This document shows, piece after piece, positions 1 through 5,317 of a stretch of DNA of 5,317 nt (position 1 is the first letter of the stretch; the number at the start of each line of letters is the position of its first letter). The DNA lies in assembly GCF_006345805.1 (NCBI RefSeq), contig NW_021830043.1:1-5317 (forward strand). The letters run 5' to 3'. Made by a program: the position numbers and the translations under genes. The notes under the pieces were generated by a model, which saw only the letters and a program-made list of their open reading frames with translations, was not told where the DNA came from and searched no databases. This DNA is from Octopus sinensis. Taxonomy: Eukaryota.

Positions 1-302
1 TAATCCCCCCGCCGTTGTAATCTCATGATCGTGAAAGACACGAACCGCTCTACCTGCAACATCGGAGCCGAGCTGGTGGCCAAGATCAAGGAGGTGTTCG
101 AAGATCTTCCCAGGCGCGGAACGCATGCGCTAGATTCTATGAGGTCGAGGTGGAAGCTAAGGGTGGTTACTTCCTTAGAGTAAACCAGCCATAACCCAGT
201 CGATATTTCTTGATTTTTAAAAATACTCTTATTTTTTTATGAGATATTATTTTCTTTTAATTTCATTCAAACAGTCAAATTTAACACGAACACCGTTCCC
301 TG
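1..302 (+). mobile_element. 3' remnant of a Tc1/mariner transposon (DD37D/maT-like): frameshifted transposase C-terminus plus right end
   Basis: Frame 1 reads VKDTNRSTCNIGAELVAKIKEVFEDLPR (28-114); frame 3 then reads RNACARF...VEAKGGYF (117-173). This matches the C-terminal 'AC.RF..R.E.V..A.GGYF' pattern of Tc1/mariner transposases (recalled, not searched). An AT-rich 3' region ends ...gaacaccgttCCCTG|TA (298-304), consistent with a CAGGG-starting TIR and a TA target site. Truncated by the window start. Confidence 0.75.
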
Positions 303-304
303 TA

Positions 305-354
305 TAGATATGTATGTATGCATGTATGTATGTACGGTGTATGTATGTATGTAC

Positions 355-390
<36 letters not shown>

Positions 391-720
391 TGTATGTATG
401 TATGTATGTATGTATGTATTTATGTACGTACGTACGTATGTATGTATGTATGTATGTTGTATGTATGTATGTATGTATTAGCATGCATGCATTTAGTATG
501 TATGTATGATGTATATGTATGTAGGTATGTATGTTGTAAACCTATATTATATACAATATATATGTAAACATCTATCATCTATTTATCTATCTATCTATCT
601 ATTTATCTATCTATCTATATATATATATACACATACACACACACATTTGCATATACGATACATTTATATGTGTGTGTTTGTCTGTGTGTATGTATATGCA
701 CATACATACGTACACACACA
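305..720. repeat. Compound microsatellite: (TATG)n ~309-535, (TATC)n ~571-615, then (TA)n/(CA)n/(TG)n
   Basis: Directly visible tandem repeats with TACG/TGCA variants. They explain ORFs 281-484, 318-509 and 506-748. Confidence 0.97.
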
Positions 721-851
721 CAGTACTAATTATTTTATCGTACCTTGAGTAATGGCAAGCAAAGCTGACCACACCACAATGCTAACTCCAGACTTAAACA
801 GATATAACTCAATGCCCCCAACGCATTTTGCTCAGTGCTTTACCGATTCTC
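721..851 (-). mobile_element. Old, degenerate copy of the tRNA-derived SINE
   Basis: tattttatcgtaccttgagtaatggcaagcaaagctgaccac aligns with copy 3 tattttatcgactccgaaaggatgaaaggcaaagtggacctc. aatgcccccaacgcattttgctcagtgctttaccgattct aligns with aatgccgccaagcttttcactgggcgtgctaacgattct. Confidence 0.6.
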
Positions 852-1300
852 GTATCCACTACTCTAGAATCAACATCACAATTGAGAGTTACTATGAAAT
901 TTCAAGAAAGTGTCAGAATTGGTAAAAACCAAAATGATTGCCATATGCCATTTTATGAACCAGAAAAGCGTCACCTTCAACACTCTTTGGATAACCTGGG
1001 ATAATTATCTTAATCCGTGTTTTCCATAAGGATTATTTAAGGATTTAAAAAAACTAAGTTGCAAATTGCTACATTAAATAAATTCTTTTGGTTTCCAAAA
1101 TTTTTAATTCGTTCAATAAAATGGAAAAGAAAGGATTATATGGACGCAAACCCTAATTTCTTTCATAAAAGAGAATATGGAGATGGAATAATTTTGATGG
1201 TGAGGGAGTCATAAAATAGAGTAGTTCTAAATACACAACATGGCGGATTGGTTGTGATTCGAACAGCTTTTATTAAAAGCCTGCTTAATAAGAACTGACG

Positions 1301-1503
1301 TATTGGTTTCAAATTTTGGCACAGAGCTAGAAAGTTCAAGGCGGGAGCTGGCTAGGTAAGTCGATTACATCGACCCATGTAATCAGCTGGAAAGGTTGAA
1401 AGGCAAAGTCGACCTCGGCAGAAATTGAACTTAGAACGTAAACACACGATTTGCCGCTAAGCATTTTAACGGACGTTTAACGGTTCCGCCAGTTCACCAC
1501 CTT
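1301..1503 (-). mobile_element. tRNA-derived SINE (octopus-type), with ~20-nt internal deletion
   Basis: Minus strand has an A-box-like TGGCGGAACCG (1491-1481) and a B-box-like GTTCAATTTC (1430-1421). It is colinear with 2005-2213 from ttcaaattttgg through aagtcgattacatcgaccc and gaaaggcaaagtcgacctcgg. It lacks tacttattttatcgactccg, which copy 3 has. Confidence 0.85.
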
Positions 1504-2004
1504 TAACCCATTAACCGCCAAATTGATATATTCATATTTTTGGGCTTTGCCAGGTGTCTTAGGAGTTAAAATAATATATAGTATTTAAATTTTCTTCATA
1601 TGTGAATTAATTTGGAAATTATGTTAAATTTTTCGAAAAGTCCCAAATAGGGATCACTGAAAAAAAGCATAGGTATCCTTTTTTATTCAATTGCAATAAT
1701 AAATATTTTAGTTTTTTTGAAGACATAGTATCAAATGCGATTGTGTATCAATGAATGATATAGATGGGGAATACAAAAAAAGAAAAAAGTTTTCAAAACA
1801 GTCAATATTTTTATAGTTCAAAAATTGCGATTAAAGACATAAAATGTCCTCTAGAATTAGTCAGAGCTAATAATGACAAACTTTAATTACTAAATATCGT
1901 TAAATACACCTCTGCAAATGCACTGTACATAAGCAATTCACTTTAAATACAACGAACAACTGGAAGTGAGACTGGTTTTAGAATTGGTTAATGAGACCTG
2001 TCAT

Positions 2005-2213
2005 ACTAATTTCAAATTTTGGTACAAGGCCAGCAATTTCGGGGAGGGGTTAAGTCGATGACATCGACCCCAGTGCTTAAATGATACTTATTTTATCGAC
2101 TCCGAAAGGATGAAAGGCAAAGTGGACCTCGGTGGAAATCAGAACGTAATTGGTCGATGAAATGCCGCCAAGCTTTTCACTGGGCGTGCTAACGATTCTG
2201 CCATTCACCATCT
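2005..2213 (-). mobile_element. tRNA-derived SINE (octopus-type), B-box core deleted
   Basis: A-box-like TGGCAGAATCGTTAG (2203-2189) and central domain ACTTTGCCTTTCATCCTTTCGGAGTCGATAAAATAAGTA. A 6-nt deletion relative to copy 2 removes the B-box core (ggaaat^cagaac). Internal palindrome GTCGATG-A-CATCGAC at 2054-2068. Confidence 0.88.
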
Positions 2214-2823
2214 TTAAGGAGAACTGTCTAAACAATAATAACAACCTGCATACCCACCTAGTAATAGTAACGATGGGAAAATATGTCTTAAATAGGAAGG
2301 CACGAACAACTACATCTGTCATATAGCAACAGGCCTGCGCCCACGTATGTTGTAAGACTGAAACAACAACAAATTGTGTTAGGATGTCCAACATTAGCAC
2401 TCAAAACTGGTTTATATACACTTGGGTATCCAGGTTCAGTTCCTTAAATATAAAGTTATATGATAGTCATGGACCTCTACCCGTCTTAGAAAATGAATAT
2501 GCACAAATATTTTGACCCTGACGAAGTAGAGGACATGCAATTAACTTGACGCCATTTTCCATTTCCAAAATGATAATTGCGTACCAATAACCAATATAGT
2601 AAAAATAAATGGCTTTCGTTTACTGAAATAAGCGGGAAAATTAAAAAGAAATATGCTTAATTGTTGAATATGTGAGGCAATTGAAATGGAACTGGAAAAG
2701 GTAGATAATAAACAGAGTGTTTTAGTAAATATAGCAAAGGGTTTTCAATGTGTCTCTTTTAGACGCATAGAAACAGTTTAGTGAAGAGAGTAAAACGCTC
2801 TTTGGACAGGAAATACAACACAC

Positions 2824-2866
2824 AAATAGATAAATAAATAAAATAAAATAAAATAAATAAAATAAT
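2824..2866. repeat. (AAATA/AAAT)n microsatellite
   Basis: Directly visible. Confidence 0.9.
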
Positions 2867-2929
2867 ATTGCACGAAAGTAGACAGTTTATTTGGAATGGC
2901 ATTAAGGATATAAGATGAACTAAAATATT

Positions 2930-3050
2930 TTACAATATACGTACATATTTTACAATGTATAAATATATACTCGCATACACTTACATATATGTTTATATAC
3001 ATATGTGTATGTGTGTGTGCATAAATACAAAAAGGCATATACATATACGT
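2930..3050. repeat. Degenerate TA/CA/TG low-complexity tract
   Basis: Visible alternating purine-pyrimidine runs; explains most of ORF 2778-3044. Confidence 0.75.
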
Positions 3051-3065
3051 AAAACTGCCTAATGT

Positions 3066-3087
3066 TATATATATATATATATATATA
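3066..3087. repeat. (TA)11
   Basis: Directly visible. Confidence 0.97.
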
Positions 3088-3279
3088 AAATATTATTAGA
3101 GACAAAACCACTATTTTGCAAAACAAACAAGGAAAGACTTAATCAATACATAAAATTTTAATAAATAGTCAAAAAATTGTCTCTAATAATATTTTATAAT
3201 ATTTTACTATAAAATTGGATTTAATCCTAAATCTGATTTTTTCCCTGTAAATTTGGATTTATTCCCTAATATTTATTAT

Positions 3280-3282
<3 letters not shown>
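3084..3282. mobile_element. ~200-bp insert between two (TA)n tracts with a perfect 22-bp inverted repeat (MITE-like, or 5'-inverted retroelement tail)
   Basis: TATAAAATATTATTAGAGACAA (3084-3105) is the exact reverse complement of TTGTCTCTAATAATATTTTATA (3177-3198). It is followed by an imperfect direct repeat aaattggatttaatcctaaat (3212-3232) / aaatttggatttattccctaat (3249-3270) and a T-rich end abutting (TA)14. Confidence 0.6.

Positions 3283-3310
<28 letters not shown>
3283..3310. repeat. (TA)14, 3' flank (likely target) of the PLE
   Basis: Directly visible. Confidence 0.97.
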
Positions 3311-3313
<3 letters not shown>

Positions 3314-3409
3314 GATAAGAAAATGGAGAAATAAATAACAATGAGAAATGGATCTTTGGTGTTATAAAGCCAATATTTAATTGATTAAGTAAGATGAAAT
3401 TATGATAAA

Positions 3410-3486
3410 GTTTACATCTGTTTCCGTATATCAGACTGAGGTAAATGTGTATATACCTCGTTGCAATTGATATACATCATCAGAAC
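3410..3486 (-). ncRNA. Type I hammerhead ribozyme (HHR-1)
   Basis: Minus strand: GUU-CUGAUGA-UGUAUAUCA-(34 nt)-UGAUAUACG-GAA-ACA-GA-UGU-A|AAC. Core CUGAUGA 3483-3477, 9-bp stem II (3476-3468/3433-3425), GAAA 3424-3421, GUA triplet 3415-3413, 3-bp stem I (3486-3484/3412-3410). Confidence 0.8.
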
Positions 3487-4167
3487 GAGGAAATCAAAGA
3501 TAAACAAAAGGGAATAGAGAGAAAGAAAGTGTAAGGAAAAAACAGGAAGAAGTAAATGTTCAATAATTTGATAGTCTTATATTTTAGTTAGGTTCAAAGT
3601 TCAGTGAATCCGTTGTACGATAGATGAGAAGAGAGTTAGTTGAATCTAAGTTCTCGTAATTAGTTATTAACAGCCGTGGGTTCGGCTAGTTGACCGCCGG
3701 TGTAATCATAGGGAGTTATCGCTATTGGGGATACCCGGTGTAATTCTATGGATCTATATGACATTAATTTATAAGTTGTAAGTTAGTTCGTATATTTTCA
3801 ATAGTAGCCGAAATTTAAGAGTAAAGTTAATATCTAGAATCTATACGATATAGAGTGTAAATGGACTATGGAGCGGAATAATGTATAGGTGTGAAGTGTG
3901 CATAGAAAAACACTAAGATCAAAAGGGGAAATTTATCGCGTGTAAAAAGAGTTGGTAGTCTAGCTCTCGAGATAAATTAGATTATAGGAAAATAGTAAGC
4001 TAGCGTATTATGTAGAGTAAGTATAAAGTTCAGTAATTAATTTAATTATAATGTGGGTTGTGTAAGCTAATTGGTAAGTAGAAAGGTTAAAGTGGGGTAA
4101 TACGAAGTTAAGTAGGTTCGCTATGGCATTTAAATAGGGTATAGCGGCATATAAGGGCAAAGTGGGT

Positions 4168-4596
4168 TTATCGATATTTTGTGAATACGAATGAGACTTT
4201 ATGGAAACAAATTTATTTTTCATGTCTCCTATTAAGTAGAGGTGATTTGGCCATTAAAATAAATAGTTTTTCGTTTATACAGGATTCACAGCGCTTATTG
4301 TTAATGCTATAAGAGGCAGTTTTGGCTAGGATACGCCATTCTAAACTATAGTTGATATTTTTATCTTTCAGTTCCGAAATGTAGCTATTAAGTCCTGCAG
4401 AGTTCGCTTTACTTCCATTTCTGAAACTAGATTGGTGGGAATTATATTTAAGTATCATTTCGTTTGTAGTTTCTCCTATATAAGACTTCTTATTGTTATT
4501 TGCGATTACATCGCATTGGTATATTACATTTTTAGCTTTACAAATATTGCAGACCATACATACTGAGGTAATTACCAGGAGTGCCTCTGGATACAT
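4168..4596 (-). pseudogene. PLE-type GIY-YIG endonuclease domain, probably decayed (open 4596-4213; in-frame readthrough to 4168)
   Basis: CMVCNICKAKNVIYQCDV...KSYIGET...LKYNSHQSSF...YISELKDKNINYSLEWRIL...RCESCINEKLFIL...LLNRRHE. VIY/YIG motifs and the conserved Glu and Asn are present, plus C-x5-C and CxxC. The expected catalytic Arg reads Lys (AAA). The TAA at 4215-4213 is followed in frame by ICFHK, resembling a terminal C-x-H motif. Confidence 0.88.
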
Positions 4597-4614
4597 CTAT
4601 CCCTTAGATGGTTT

Positions 4615-4616
<2 letters not shown>

Positions 4617-4659
<43 letters not shown>

Positions 4660-4668
4660 TATATATAG

Positions 4669-4707
<39 letters not shown>
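4617..4707. repeat. (AT)20 - (GATATATATA)2 - (AG)15 compound microsatellite
   Basis: Directly visible; explains the end of ORF 4493-4678. Confidence 0.97.
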
Positions 4708-4709
<2 letters not shown>

Positions 4710-4930
4710 CAGATGAATATGGTGCTTAAGTTGAGGCACCAACATTTAGTACGGTATTATCCATACAATTTCAAAATAAAATGATTAAAATCAAAATAAG
4801 CAGCAAGGATATCCAGAGGCAATGCAGTACGGTCGTTTCAAGCAACTCCATTTAATTGAACAATGCAATCATCGCATCGATTTAAATGCAGAACAATCCT
4901 CAGCTGCATAAAGACAGAATTTAATTAAAT
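4708..4930 (-). mobile_element. 3' end (pLTR/tail) of a second PLE- or retrozyme-like element
   Basis: Contains HHR-2, followed by a 120-nt T-rich tail that ends exactly at the microsatellite. This is the same layout as the 3311-3486 end but with unrelated sequence. There is a hairpin TGGTGC/GCACCA (4720-4741) near the 3' end. The 5' boundary is uncertain. Confidence 0.6.
4822..4909 (-). ncRNA. Type I hammerhead ribozyme (HHR-2), base of stem II mismatched
   Basis: Minus strand: AUGCAG-CUGAGGA-(57 nt)-GAA-ACG-AC-CGU-A|CUGCAU. Perfect 6-bp stem I (4909-4904/4827-4822), core 4903-4897, GAAA 4839-4836, GUA 4830-4828. Stem II contains CAUUUAA/UUAAAUG and CGAUGC/GCAUUG, but its closing base pairs are U-U mismatched. 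Confidence 0.72.
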
Positions 4931-5009
4931 AAAAACAGATGGACACATTAGTATAATTTTACCTAAAATCTCCAAGAAGGTAAATAGTTTCTAAGCTGAA
5001 GTGGAGACA

Positions 5010-5062
5010 GTATGTTCTTTGTCTATCTCCTTACCTTCTTTGAGGTAAGGAGATAGACATAC
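5010..5062. other. Perfect 17-bp hairpin (5020-5036/5043-5059, 6-nt loop), extendable to 20 bp across a 7-nt bulge
   Basis: TGTCTATCTCCTTACCT-TCTTTG-AGGTAAGGAGATAGACA; outer GTATG (5010-5014) pairs with CATAC (5058-5062). Confidence 0.9.
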
Positions 5063-5070
5063 CGGAGTAT

Positions 5071-5169
5071 AAATAAATACCGGAGTCAATTTACTCGACT
5101 AAAATCGTTCGAGGCTGTGCCACAGCATGGCCCCAGTCTATTGATTGAAACAAATTTAAGGTAAAAGAT
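5071..5169 (+). mobile_element. 3' half of an octopus-type SINE (related subfamily)
   Basis: aaataaatacc..gagtcaatttactcgac resembles the AAATAAGTA...GGGGTCGATGTxATCGAC core of the other copies. The following gctgtgccacagcatggccccagtctattgattgaaac...taaaaga resembles the recalled 3' tail of octopus SINEs (not searched). Confidence 0.6.
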
Positions 5170-5253
5170 TAATAGAAAATAAAAGGTTTCTTAAATCGAT
5201 ACATAATTAATGGAGGGATGTAGGTGGGTGCATCGATGTTCATTACAACCTCT

Positions 5254-5284
5254 GAATACATTGACCCTAGTACCTACTTGTACT
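5254..5284 (-). mobile_element. Short degenerate SINE core fragment
   Basis: gaatacattgaccctagtac resembles gattacatcgacccatgta (copy 2) and gatgacatcgaccccagtgc (copy 3). Confidence 0.4.
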
Positions 5285-5317
5285 CGGAGTAGTATTCTCC
5301 TGGGATTGGGTGAGCCG

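Larger units (their letters stand above)
3311..4616 (-). mobile_element. Penelope-like element segment (GIY-YIG + long 3' UTR + hammerhead + ~100-nt tail), no RT, inserted in (TA)n
   Basis: Sharp boundaries at (TA)n on both sides, a GIY-YIG ORF at the 5' end, a type I hammerhead ~100 nt from the 3' end and a pyrimidine-rich tail. A C-terminal GIY-YIG, pLTR hammerheads and microsatellite targeting are established PLE traits. The Cys-rich EN and (TA)n targeting suggest the Hydra clade, but this is unverified. Confidence 0.82.

Noticed and set aside
281-748. ORFs 281-484, 318-509, 506-748
   Set aside because: Translations of (TATG)n/(TATC)n microsatellites
1128-1210. Peptide NPNFFHKREYGDGIILMV resembling the Tc1 'F.KR..GGGS.MVWG' region
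   Set aside because: Similarity too short and degenerate to support by eye; would need TBLASTN/HMM
2077-2400. 107-aa minus-strand ORF
   Set aside because: Runs into SINE copy 3 (FAFHPFGVDKIS is the SINE core) and has no recognisable motif
2474-2645. Third hammerhead candidate around CTGACGA (2518-2524) with GAAA at 2489, 2615 or 2626
   Set aside because: No stem II adjacent to any GAAA, and no stem III/UH/stem I arrangement fits any topology
2778-3044. 88-aa minus-strand ORF
   Set aside because: Built from low-complexity TA/CA and (TTTAT)n sequence
3421-3483. SECIS element (as in selenoprotein-encoding Naiad PLEs)
   Set aside because: No AUGA/GA quartet with correctly spaced apical AA, no in-frame TGA in the EN, and the hammerhead fold explains the sequence
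3697-3744. CRISPR-like repeat-spacer (10-bp repeat, 28-nt spacer)
   Set aside because: Only two very short repeats in eukaryotic TE context, with no cas genes
4008-4223. 71-aa ORF overlapping the EN stop (ATGAAAAATAA), suggesting translational coupling
   Set aside because: No recognisable motif. The EN frame itself continues plausibly (ICFHK) past the TAA, so this is likely a chance ORF in a G-poor UTR.
4493-4678. 61-aa plus-strand ORF
   Set aside because: Antisense to the EN and ends in (AT)n
5020-5080. Helitron 3' end or bacterial terminator at the 17-bp hairpin
   Set aside because: No CTRR at the expected distance on either strand, no U-tract, and the context is eukaryotic

Overview
AT-rich, microsatellite-dense eukaryotic non-genic DNA made almost entirely of transposon debris. 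The SINE family and repeat landscape suggest an octopus/cephalopod genome (inference). No host gene is supported, and most ORFs in the track are microsatellite or SINE artefacts. Left to right: the 3' end of a Tc1/mariner (DD37D/maT-like) transposon; a compound (TATG)/(TATC) microsatellite; three minus-strand copies of one tRNA-derived SINE; and a ~200-bp insert between two (TA)n tracts carrying a perfect 22-bp inverted repeat. Next comes a 1.3-kb Penelope-like element (PLE) segment between (TA)n tracts, with a decayed GIY-YIG endonuclease, no RT, a ~0.7-kb 3' UTR and a type I hammerhead ribozyme. A second, sequence-unrelated PLE-type 3' end follows with its own type I hammerhead, then a 17-bp perfect hairpin and more SINE fragments. 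The main point of interest is the pair of co-oriented minus-strand hammerheads. Both have an unusually long stem II and a quasi-palindromic minimal stem III, and together they bracket the RT-less GIY-YIG module.
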